Assembly: GCA_963662285.2 (NCBI GenBank)
Contig: CAXXMV010000006.1
Span: 352,001 to 416,000, forward strand
From: a bacterium
Lineage (GTDB): Bacteria; Hinthialibacterota; Hinthialibacteria; Hinthialibacterales; Hinthialibacteraceae
DNA: 64,000 bases
Reading direction: 5' to 3'
In this document: piece by piece, positions 40,601 to 48,454 of the stretch
Layout of the letters: each line of letters opens with the position of its first letter
How positions within the stretch are numbered: position 1 is the first letter of the stretch
Translations under genes and position numbers: made by a program
Notes under the pieces: model-generated
What the model was told of the DNA's origin: nothing
Seen by the model: only the letters and a program-made list of their open reading frames with translations
Database searches by the model: none

Positions 40601-40650
40601 ATGAAGATAATAAATACTCGGTTGTTTATAGAATATTCGGCCAAAAACAT
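37612..40650 (-). CDS. RND efflux transporter permease (AcrB/AcrD/AcrF family)
   Basis: YPGASPKEVE, GMLVDNAIVI, GMLIKNAIVLLD, SRMRPVMM, about 12 TM segments. ATG 40650 with GGGAG SD. Confidence 0.95.
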   Translation of the reverse strand: MFLAEYSINNRVFIIFISCLLVVAGLMSYSKLGKLEDPEFTIKTALIVTAYPGASPKEVEEQVTDEIEKAVQKLGALDEVRSISKAGLSYVYADIKESIPSRKLPQIWDELRRKVLEAQSTLPDGSYPPIVYDDFGDVYGVFLALTGDGFSTAEMKDYVNIIQRELLLVDDVARVEMWGDQQECVNLEISNERLADLGVNPGQIVETLQGQNQIVDAGSLTVGSERIRLTPTGLFQSIDEIGDLVIRGSAPDNLILMRDVAKITKGYVDPPFSMMRFNGKNAIGFAVSTVSGGNVIHMGEAVHHHLEELMESFPHGLDIGVVSFQSDDVQRAIDDFIVNLIESVIICVVVLLLTMGVRSGLLIGGGLIFTILATFIVMLLLKIDLHRTSLGSLIIAMGMLVDNAIVITEGALIRLQNGESPKKAVTQPAKDTGMPLLGATLIAIFAFLPIYISPNNVGDYCSDLFKVVAISLAISWVLAMVQTPVFCEMFLKVKESKKGVDPYAGRIFRWYQAILEMALRWRITTIALILVIFFSAMYSFQYVDQMFFPKSTRTQFIIDYWLPEGSSIHAVSEDLREIEKHLSGIPDIVSTATCIGSGPPRFYLPYEPELPNNSYGQILVNVETPEEVFDLVDKVEDYISVSFPQAEPRVRLFPLGPSVSFKVEARFSGPDADVLRELCDQAKVIMKSDPNAKEVRDDWRQRVKIVAPLYSQARARRAYVTRQDIAMSLRRITDGIPIGNYRENDELMPILLKAPEDEKLAVENIGDIPVYGYGSVSTPLLQVVDDIKVQWEDPIIRRLNRRLTIKAQAEPVDGNAVNLESSVKSQIEAIPVPSGYTMEWAGESEDSNEAQSILFQQLPISMILIALVIVGLFNAFRPPFIILLILPLSFIGVSLGLLITGKTFGFLALLGALSLIGMLIKNAIVLLDQIGVEIREGKEPYEAVIHSCISRMRPVMMASMTTVLAMIPLVSDGFFDSMAVAIMFGLTFATVLTLIIVPLLYVIMYRISKPQA

Positions 40651-40728
40651 GAAAAATTCTCCCACGCATTGCAGAAAGAATATGCTCTCTGCATGTCGAA
40701 ACTGATTAACTTGAAACGCTCCAGGATT

Positions 40729-42015
40729 TTATTGCGTTATGATTTGAGCGACTTTCTGGTTCTCATCTAAAAAATTCGCGCCGGCGGTGACTACCCATTC
40801 ACCAACCTTTAGCCCTTTGATAATTTCGATGCTGCCTTTCATCAGTTGCTTAATGGTGACCGGCCTTTTTGTGACGCGCTGTGAAGCGGTATCAAGCACC
40901 CAGGCATAACGGTTATCACCCTTGTCGCTGACCACTGCTTCCACTGGAAGGATAAATGAAGATTCAGCATCACTGCCTTCAATAGAAATCACGACCGAAG
41001 CCGCCATACCGGGCCGCACCGCCATATTGTCTTCCGGCTTGAATTGCACAGTGAGAGGATAACTCTGGGTTAACTGATCCGGTTTTCGCCCAAGTTCCTT
41101 CAATGAACTTTCAGTCTGGACGCCGGGGAATACATCAAACTCACAATGATATTTGCTGAATTTATGCTGTTGAGTTAATAATTCTTCTGGAATGCCTACC
41201 GTAACTTCAAGTGAAGAACAATCCAGAATTGATACTATGGGTTGCCCATGTTCAATTGATTCAAAATTCTCTACAAATTTCTGCGCGATATATCCATCGA
41301 ATGGAGCGCATAAAGCGGTGTCCAGCAAAGCGTTCTTAGCATCCGCCAGATTGGTATTCAACATTTCAATCTGCTTTTCCATGGCTTCAATATCCTCGCT
41401 ACGGGCGCCATTATGAGCCTTCTCTAACTCTTTATCGATCTGTCCCATCGAAGCGGTCAGCATGTCATAACTGCTTTTCACCCGGTCATAATCAGCTGTT
41501 GGAACCATTTTTTGTTTCAACAGAGCCTCGTGCCTCTCATACTGGGCTTTGGCGTTTATCAAACTGGCATTGATCGAAGCGCGTTGAGCTTTGAGAACAT
41601 CAATATCTTCTTGACGCGCTCCCCGGCGCATGGCCTTCAAATTGGCTTGCGTGCTGGCCAGAGTGGCTTCAATTCGGGATACGCTGATCTCGAAATCTCG
41701 CGGATCCACTTTGGCAATCACATCGCCTTTTCGGAAAAATTGGCCTATCTTTACGTCATATTCAACAATCGGACCGTCAATCCTAAATGCGAGTTTACTC
41801 TCCCGGTTAGCTTTTACGCATCCGGGAAATTTGCGCACCGTTGACGCATGAGGTTGTTTTAATTGCATGGTTTTTACCGGGCGAAGAGTTTCCACATAGG
41901 TAATTTCTTCTGCACCGGAATTCTTACTGGAACCCACCAGATGCATACCTGCTAAACAGACAACAACTATCACTACCGCAGCCGTAAGGATTTTGAATAC
42001 TCTATAGCGCTTCAT
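40729..42015 (-). CDS. RND periplasmic adaptor (membrane fusion protein)
   Basis: N-terminal anchor, LAFRIDG..GDVIAKVD, long hairpin coiled coil, LCAPFDG, RPGM, GLKVGEWVVTAG. Confidence 0.93.
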   Translation of the reverse strand: MKRYRVFKILTAAVVIVVVCLAGMHLVGSSKNSGAEEITYVETLRPVKTMQLKQPHASTVRKFPGCVKANRESKLAFRIDGPIVEYDVKIGQFFRKGDVIAKVDPRDFEISVSRIEATLASTQANLKAMRRGARQEDIDVLKAQRASINASLINAKAQYERHEALLKQKMVPTADYDRVKSSYDMLTASMGQIDKELEKAHNGARSEDIEAMEKQIEMLNTNLADAKNALLDTALCAPFDGYIAQKFVENFESIEHGQPIVSILDCSSLEVTVGIPEELLTQQHKFSKYHCEFDVFPGVQTESSLKELGRKPDQLTQSYPLTVQFKPEDNMAVRPGMAASVVISIEGSDAESSFILPVEAVVSDKGDNRYAWVLDTASQRVTKRPVTIKQLMKGSIEIIKGLKVGEWVVTAGANFLDENQKVAQIITQ

Positions 42016-42054
42016 TTTTTCCTCTTTTATTATCTATTGAAATTATTCTTTGTG

Positions 42055-42717
42055 TTATTTAATTAGTGAAGCAAAATCAGGTTCGGGCAATCCCAAAGGA
42101 ATTATCAAATTTCTGGTAATTTGATGTATCACTCCTTCAATATAGTCGTGCGAATAACTTTCCATATTCCGTGATTTCAAAATGAGTTGCTTGGCTAATG
42201 CCATGAATTGTATTTGACCAAACATCGTTGTGGTAAAAATCTCAGGCTTAAACTCTATTTCTTTCGACACCTTTTCAAGCAATCTGTCTTCAAATTTTTC
42301 CATGGCTAAATGGCCTTCGAGAAGGACGTCTATTGAGCCATGAGTGGATTCGAGCATAGCCCGTGCGAATAATTCGCCATACCAGTTAGGACTTTCCGTA
42401 TCCAGAAAAGCTAGCGCCATTTTTCTAATCATCAGAGCAAGTTGGTCAGAGGTTTGTTGATCTGTGCTTAATTCCGCCTCAGCAAATTCCATGAAGATTT
42501 CTGCAATTTTAATTTTCTCATTCATCGCATAACGAATGGTTTCCAGATACAAGTTCTCTTTACCGCCAAAGTAGTAAGTAACCGAAGACAAAGTTGCATT
42601 AGCATCTTTAATGATGTCCCGTATGCTTGTTCCATCAAAACCGTTATGCGCGAATAGTTTGATAGATGCATCGAGCAGGTTTTCACGAACATTTTTATCT
42701 TTAATAACAGGCGACAT
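42055..42717 (-). CDS. TetR/AcrR family transcriptional regulator
   Basis: RENLLDASIKLFAHNGFDGTSIRDI..SVTYYFGGKENLY HTH. The real start is likely ATG 42717 (AAGGAG SD), because 42780 lies inside the promoter. Confidence 0.92.
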   Translation of the reverse strand: MSPVIKDKNVRENLLDASIKLFAHNGFDGTSIRDIIKDANATLSSVTYYFGGKENLYLETIRYAMNEKIKIAEIFMEFAEAELSTDQQTSDQLALMIRKMALAFLDTESPNWYGELFARAMLESTHGSIDVLLEGHLAMEKFEDRLLEKVSKEIEFKPEIFTTTMFGQIQFMALAKQLILKSRNMESYSHDYIEGVIHQITRNLIIPLGLPEPDFASLIK

Positions 42718-42752
42718 CGGTTTTCTCCTTAAATCTCGCAATATTCCACTCT

Positions 42753-42799
42753 CAAACGAACGTTTGTTATAATTATACATACAAACGTTCGTTTGTCAA
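42753..42799 (-). promoter_or_regulatory. Consensus sigma70 promoter with two TetR-type operator palindromes
   Basis: Minus strand: TTGACA (42799-42794), N16, TATAAT (42777-42772). Palindromes CAAACG-AA-CGTTTG (42753-42766) and CAAACG-TT-CGTTTG (42782-42795). Confidence 0.85.
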
Positions 42800-42868
42800 C
42801 TTGAATTTACTACAATTTTTGCGGTTCCAAACAGTTTTTTTGGAGGCGCTAATATTGAAATAATACTA

Positions 42869-43262
42869 ATGATTATCTATTCGTTGGGCATTCGATTTTC
42901 ACTTTCGCTTGGAAACATTGAAGAAGCGCTGAGTGTTGTAGAATGCGTGATTCCTTTGCATAAGATGGAATCAGAAATGTATGGCCGCCTCATGTTGAAT
43001 GATACGTTTGGGGCGCTCTGATGAAGCCGTAATGATGTACAGAGGACATTTAGAAGAGAATAAACATGATGAACTGATGTCTTTGGTGTGGTTTTGCCTC
43101 GCCGAATTATTGTTTGACACGGGTGATATCTCAAACGCGCTGGCGTTGGTTGAAGAATAGTTGGAGCAGGAGTTTGCGCCCGCAGACGAAACCGGTTCAA
43201 GGTTTTGTAATGTTTCTCTTGAATTGAAAGAGAAGATTGAGAAGAGAATTAATGACCAGTAG
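42869..43262 (+). pseudogene. Degraded TPR-like gene fragment
   Basis: SLGNIEEALSVVE (frameshift) GRSDEAVMMY..WFCLAELLFDTGDISNALALVEE*LEQ. TPR-type helices with a frameshift and an internal TAG at 43158-43160. Confidence 0.5.
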
Positions 43263-43580
43263 TAAGGTATTTCTTCTGAAAGGTAAGAGTATGAACAATT
43301 AGACAAAAGACAAATGGTTAATCATATTACATTTATGATAAGTGTTCTTACTTTTTGAATATTATTACATTTAGTTGTCTTCATGGATTAGTTTTTTTGA
43401 TATAAATGAACGTTTCTCTAATAAAAAAGCGGCGGCATCGCCATGACGATGCGGTCGAGGAGTACGTCAATGGTTCCGGCTGCGGCCTCTTCACCAATGT
43501 TATGAATTAATTTCAGATAACATCTCTTCGCTGCAAATATAATATCACCCAATCGACAACCGTATCCACATTAAAAAAAC

Positions 43581-43686
43581 GCTTGTATGTCTGAGTATAA
43601 ATCTCACTCCTATATTTTGTTGCTTGACGTGCAATTACCCAAAGGTAATGGACTAATGATTCTCAGGCTTATATGCAAAATCAATC
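43581..43686 (+). pseudogene. Remnant copy of the response regulator at 24064..24453
   Basis: ACMSEYKSHSYILLLDVQLPKGNGLMILRLICKIN vs AYMFDKYHPDVVLLDVQLPKGSGLTILKLIHEIN. DNA is also similar (CAATTACCCAAAGG shared). Confidence 0.75.
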
Positions 43687-43805
43687 GTTTAGATTGAGGG
43701 GGCTGGATCGCTTGACGTAAAGCAGTATTTAATGAGAAAATCGATCAAAGTCTTTGCGAAAGGCTTCTTTGTCCGTTCACTCAATTGCTCTGGAGAACAT
43801 TAACC

Positions 43806-45149
43806 ATGAACTTAAAAAACGATCAGGATATGAATCGCAGAACATTTGTTAAGAATACCGCCGTGGGGTGTTTAGGCGCCGGTATTATTGCGCAAAATAC
43901 TCCAGCAGCGGATAAACCCGAAGAGGATATACCAAAAATTAAAGATTATAGAACCTTGGGACGCACCGGATTCAAGGCATCGGATGTTGGATTGGGAACG
44001 GTGTTTATTGAGGAAGGAGTGTTGCAGTTCGCATTGGATGCCGGGATAAATTACCTGGATACATCACCCATATATCGAAGTGAAGACCTGATCGGTAAAT
44101 GCATCAAGAATATAGACCGGAAATCTGTGTTCATCACTACTAAATATTTCCCCCGCCGGGGACAAACCATCACGAAGGAAGCCGTAATCAACAGTTTCCG
44201 AAAATCGCTGGATAATTTGAATTGCGGGTATGTGGATTGTTTCATGCTGCAAAGCGTATGGTCTTCAGAGGTAATCAAGAATGAGGCCTTTCACGAAGCG
44301 ATACGCCAGCTGAAGAATGAGGGGAAATTACGCTTTTGCGGAGCAGCCTGCCATGGCTCGGAAGTGTGGATTGATACCTATCAGGAGTCTATGGAGCAGA
44401 TTTTAGGGACGGCGATTGAGGATGGGCGGTACGATGTTCTGCTGATGGTGTATAACTTTTTACAGCAGAAGCAGGGGGAGCGAATTCTGCAATCCTGCAA
44501 GGACAATAATATCGGAACAACCATTATGAAATCGAATCCGGTAGCGAAATTTGATTTTTTCAAACAGGTATTAAATGTATCCCAAGAGAAAATCAATGAA
44601 ATGCCGGAAGGAACCGATAAGGAGAAAGAAGACAAAAAAAGAGTGCAGGATATGTTTGACAAATTACATTCTTTCAGGGGGAAATCTGAATCGTTCCGCA
44701 AGCAATATAATCTATCCAGCGAAGACGAATTTAACCAGGCGGCGATGAAATTTGTGTTATCCAATAAAAATGTCAGTTCTCTATTGGCCTCTTCCGGGAG
44801 TTACGAAATGCTGGAAACCAGTCTGCGGCAATCCGGCAAGACGCTGGCAACGCCGGATAAACATTCTCTGCTGCATTACGAAAAGAACCTGGGCCGGTTC
44901 TATTGCCGTCATGCCTGTGGAGAATGCGAATCACAATGCCCTCACAAAGTGCCGGTTAACACCATCATGCGCTACAATCATTACATGGTCGCTCAGGGAT
45001 TGGATGCTCATGCGAGAAATGAATACGCCTGCTTATCCGCCCAAAACGCTGAAATATGCAAGGATTGCGAAGGCTACTGCGAAGCGGCCTGCCCGTATCA
45101 AGTATCAATTCGTCAGTTGCTAAGCGCTGCGCACAGGAATTTAGCATAA
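43806..45149 (+). CDS. Tat-signal aldo/keto reductase with C-terminal 4Fe-4S dicluster domain
   Basis: MNRRTFVKN Tat motif, YRTLGRTG, GINYLDTSPIY, ITTK, CRHACGECESQCP and CKDCEGYCEAACPY. GGAG SD before ATG 43806. Confidence 0.9.
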   Translation: MNLKNDQDMNRRTFVKNTAVGCLGAGIIAQNTPAADKPEEDIPKIKDYRTLGRTGFKASDVGLGTVFIEEGVLQFALDAGINYLDTSPIYRSEDLIGKCIKNIDRKSVFITTKYFPRRGQTITKEAVINSFRKSLDNLNCGYVDCFMLQSVWSSEVIKNEAFHEAIRQLKNEGKLRFCGAACHGSEVWIDTYQESMEQILGTAIEDGRYDVLLMVYNFLQQKQGERILQSCKDNNIGTTIMKSNPVAKFDFFKQVLNVSQEKINEMPEGTDKEKEDKKRVQDMFDKLHSFRGKSESFRKQYNLSSEDEFNQAAMKFVLSNKNVSSLLASSGSYEMLETSLRQSGKTLATPDKHSLLHYEKNLGRFYCRHACGECESQCPHKVPVNTIMRYNHYMVAQGLDAHARNEYACLSAQNAEICKDCEGYCEAACPYQVSIRQLLSAAHRNLA

Positions 45150-45238
45150 CCTTGAGTGTTTTTCCTAATGACTTTTTTTCAAAGAGCATGAGAGATAATA
45201 AACCAACATATTTATAAGAATCGCTCCAGAAAGAAGGA

Positions 45239-47044
45239 TTGATGAAATACTATCTATTTGCAATTGCATCCATACTAATAATACCTTTTCAAGCCAATGC
45301 CCAATCCTGGTGGGAACGCGAGACCGCGATGGGGAAAAGCGGCCAGTTGACTCTGGTGGGAAAAACCTGGTGGAGCCAAGCCGCTAATCTGAAACCGGGG
45401 GAGAGCATCACCATTCAATCAGAATTTCCCGATGGCGGTTTGATGCTCATCAAATGTGAGACGCGTCAACGGGGCGCAACTGGACAAAAGATGATTGTCT
45501 GGATACTGGATGATGACGGCGACATGGATAAAGAAAATCCCTCCGGAGATTTTGATAACGACTGTTATGTGGCCGATTACGGCTGCGACGGTATAGTTGA
45601 CCGTATAGTGGATTATATCGATGACGGCAAAGCGCCGGGTGAAATGGATATCCGTTATTTTGTGGATGGAGAATTAAGACGCGCCTGGTTTGGCGTTGAT
45701 TTTGATGATGATGCTGGTATGTGGAGTTTGATTGATTATGAATATGACGGCGACTTTTTCAAAAGCGATCCCTATGGCGACAACATGATCTTTATGAATA
45801 AATACGATCCGGTTCATGAAGTATGGCTTCCCATCTCGGAATGTCCGTTCGCGTTTTACGATACTGATGACGACGGTGAATCCGAGGTTGTGGTTCGATT
45901 CAGCGCCGCGCCTTTAACCTTCGATCCCGACGCAGATCCGGATTACGCCAATAGCCAGCAGCGCTACCAGGGGCCATTCGATAGCGCCATGCGTTCGATT
46001 GGCGTGGTTAATGTGCGTTACAGTTTTGATATTGATGATCTGTCGGATGCCAAAACTCCATTGCATTATGAAATGGGTTTTAACATGACGGGCGACTTGG
46101 TTTATGATTTCCCGGATATGGTGCGATTCAACGCTCTGCGCCGTTCTCCGAAGAAAGTGGTTTGCATTCCGTTTGACCAAATCAGAAAAGTTTCTGATAA
46201 CTATCATTCCGATCAAACAGGATTCTCGTGGGCGGAGTTTCCTGATGCGTCGATTCGTATAGGGCATCCGTCGAATCCTGCAGACGACCGGCGCTGGGAA
46301 GGAGTGTTCTGGACCTGGGAAAGACGCATCATGCACAATACCGGGGGGCCGGTGCAGCATTGGAATATCCGGCGCGAGTATATGGGACAACCGACTGCAC
46401 AGCGGGAAATGTACTACAGCCCGGTTGATCAGCGCATTCATTTGAAAGGCGCTACGGAAGGCTGGCTCAAAATCGGTTGCATTTCTAAAGATGAAATCCT
46501 GGGTGAGGTTCGATATTTCGATATAAATATGGATGGATATTTTGACCGCTGGGAATATATCGACCAGGATGAATCAAAGCCCTATCGCGTTGTTCAGACG
46601 ACGCAGGTCAAGAATGTGGATTTGGGGGATGATATACAAGAGGTTGCTTCGTTCTACAATCAAGAGGCTTTGCCTGAAGCCATACGGCTCAATGAGTTGT
46701 TGATCAAAGAACTGGAGAAATATGTTGATGAGCCGCTGCCCGGCTATTTGCAAAACGCGCAGGCTCAGTCGGCCTCTCCAACCGAACGCCGTTATATACT
46801 TGATTTGATCCGGGAATATAGATTTCTTCAGTTTCAATCACACGCCAGAGAACTGGCTGTACAGTCATATAAACAAAGTCAAACCCGCGATCCAAGAACC
46901 ACTGTTGAAAAACGAAGGCAATCAGAATGTGTATGGCAATTCTCGGTTCAACTATCGCAGATCGATGCGGCCTATGAATCGGGTGAATATCAAAAAACCA
47001 TTTCTTTGGTTCAGCAATTAAATACAGCGCAATTAAATCAATAA
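45239..47044 (+). CDS. Secreted hypothetical protein with multiple Dx[DN]xDG motifs
   Basis: Signal peptide (IIPFQANA-Q). LDDDGD, YDTDDDGESE, DINMDGYFD. Paralog of the N-terminal part of 48455..51010. Confidence 0.75.
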   Translation: MMKYYLFAIASILIIPFQANAQSWWERETAMGKSGQLTLVGKTWWSQAANLKPGESITIQSEFPDGGLMLIKCETRQRGATGQKMIVWILDDDGDMDKENPSGDFDNDCYVADYGCDGIVDRIVDYIDDGKAPGEMDIRYFVDGELRRAWFGVDFDDDAGMWSLIDYEYDGDFFKSDPYGDNMIFMNKYDPVHEVWLPISECPFAFYDTDDDGESEVVVRFSAAPLTFDPDADPDYANSQQRYQGPFDSAMRSIGVVNVRYSFDIDDLSDAKTPLHYEMGFNMTGDLVYDFPDMVRFNALRRSPKKVVCIPFDQIRKVSDNYHSDQTGFSWAEFPDASIRIGHPSNPADDRRWEGVFWTWERRIMHNTGGPVQHWNIRREYMGQPTAQREMYYSPVDQRIHLKGATEGWLKIGCISKDEILGEVRYFDINMDGYFDRWEYIDQDESKPYRVVQTTQVKNVDLGDDIQEVASFYNQEALPEAIRLNELLIKELEKYVDEPLPGYLQNAQAQSASPTERRYILDLIREYRFLQFQSHARELAVQSYKQSQTRDPRTTVEKRRQSECVWQFSVQLSQIDAAYESGEYQKTISLVQQLNTAQLNQ

Positions 47045-47058
47045 ACTGGAGGCATCAA

Positions 47059-48249
47059 ATGTTTCGATTGCAAAAGTCTTTATGCTATATAACATTTTCA
47101 ATATTGCTTGGCGTCTATGCGTATGCGCAAACCGATCAGGAAGCAGATCAAAAATACATAGACTCATTTCATGAAAAGTTTAATAAAATTGAGAAGCCGG
47201 TTTCATTATCGATGTACGCTACGGTAGAGCGATATGATGAACTCTATATGGATATCAATTTTGACTCCATCAGTAATAATCAAGGGGGCATCGCATGGGG
47301 TTGGTCTTACCGCATGATGTCGCTTAACGAGATGTATCAGGCGACCAAGAATCCCATTTACTTGAAAACCAATCTAAAAGTTGCCAATGAACTTCTAGCC
47401 AACCGCGACGATAAAATCGGTAAAAAACTCTGGACGGGCGAAACGGCGCCTGCCTGGGGATCGGATAAATACGCCCAACGCGGTCGCGCTATCTTCGCCG
47501 TGCATACCGGAATGATCCTTTATCCCATGCTTGATAGTTTGCGTCTCGCCCAACAACATGCAGAGTTGAAGGATATAGTGAAGCGCGACTATCCAAATAT
47601 GCAAAAAGAACTCATGCAAAGCCTGGCCTATCACGACAGGCAATTCCGTTGGGGACCGGGTAAGAACGAGGGGCATTACATTGGTTTGGATCAAGAGGAT
47701 GCTATGGAAAATAAGCCTCTGCCGGGCAATCGGCTCAGCGCTATGGGACGGGCGTTATTGTATGCCTGGAAGCTGACTGGAGAACAGGAATATCACAAAA
47801 AAGCCCTGGCTATTGGTCACTATGTTAAAAACCGTTTCATCAATTCGGATGACGGCGCTTATTACTGGCCCTACTGGTTGTCGATTGATCCGGTTGAAAA
47901 ATTTATCCCCAAAAAAGAGATCAATGGCGAGGATATTTCACACGCCTCTCTTACCATGATGTTGCTGGTCGAACTGGCGGGTGAAAAAGACCTGATGAAT
48001 GCAGATGACATAACCAAATTGGAAAAGACGGTAACGCAGGGATTCGCGCGTCTGAACAACGGCGTCTTGTTTGGCAATATCACAGGCGATCCGAAATCAA
48101 ATCCAGCGCTGGCTCAAATCGCAGCCCGTTGGTTGATCCTTACGCCTTTAGCGCCCAAGGTGTATCAGCGCATCTCGGAATTCTATTTGACCTACGTAGA
48201 GAAACCGGGGCCATTGGATCTGGCCATGTTAATTCGTTATAAAAAATAG
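47059..48249 (+). CDS. Secreted hypothetical protein, probable (alpha/alpha) toroid carbohydrate-active-like fold
   Basis: Signal peptide. Repeated helix-turn motifs EMYQATKNPIYL and YAWKLTGEQEY, typical of alpha/alpha barrels. EDISH motif. The fold is inferred. Confidence 0.6.
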   Translation: MFRLQKSLCYITFSILLGVYAYAQTDQEADQKYIDSFHEKFNKIEKPVSLSMYATVERYDELYMDINFDSISNNQGGIAWGWSYRMMSLNEMYQATKNPIYLKTNLKVANELLANRDDKIGKKLWTGETAPAWGSDKYAQRGRAIFAVHTGMILYPMLDSLRLAQQHAELKDIVKRDYPNMQKELMQSLAYHDRQFRWGPGKNEGHYIGLDQEDAMENKPLPGNRLSAMGRALLYAWKLTGEQEYHKKALAIGHYVKNRFINSDDGAYYWPYWLSIDPVEKFIPKKEINGEDISHASLTMMLLVELAGEKDLMNADDITKLEKTVTQGFARLNNGVLFGNITGDPKSNPALAQIAARWLILTPLAPKVYQRISEFYLTYVEKPGPLDLAMLIRYKK

Positions 48250-48315
48250 GAAACAGTTCTGTCACATAAAAAAACATAATAATTATGTTTTAAACAAACT
48301 GTTTATATTAAAATT

Positions 48316-48400
48316 CTCCCCCCAAGTTTGGGGGGAGTTAGAGGGGGGTTGCGTTTCGACGGATCAACCCCCACCTAACCTCCCCCAGGCTTGGGGGAGG
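48316..48400. repeat. REP/REPIN-like element: two inverted 36-bp GC-rich units, each with an internal hairpin
   Basis: CTCCCCCCAAGTTTGGGGGGAGTTAGAGGGGGGTTG (48316-48351) and its inverted partner at 48365-48400 (28/36 identical), separated by a 13-nt spacer. Confidence 0.8.
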
Positions 48401-48454
48401 GATAACGCACTTCAATTGGCTGACTTATTAAAAAATAAATTACAGGATAATTAA

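Noticed and set aside
43425-43470. Hairpin GCATCG-CCATGA-CGATGC next to an A/T run, as a terminator or small RNA
   Set aside because: The stem is only 6 bp, is offset from the T-run, and has no clear upstream gene.
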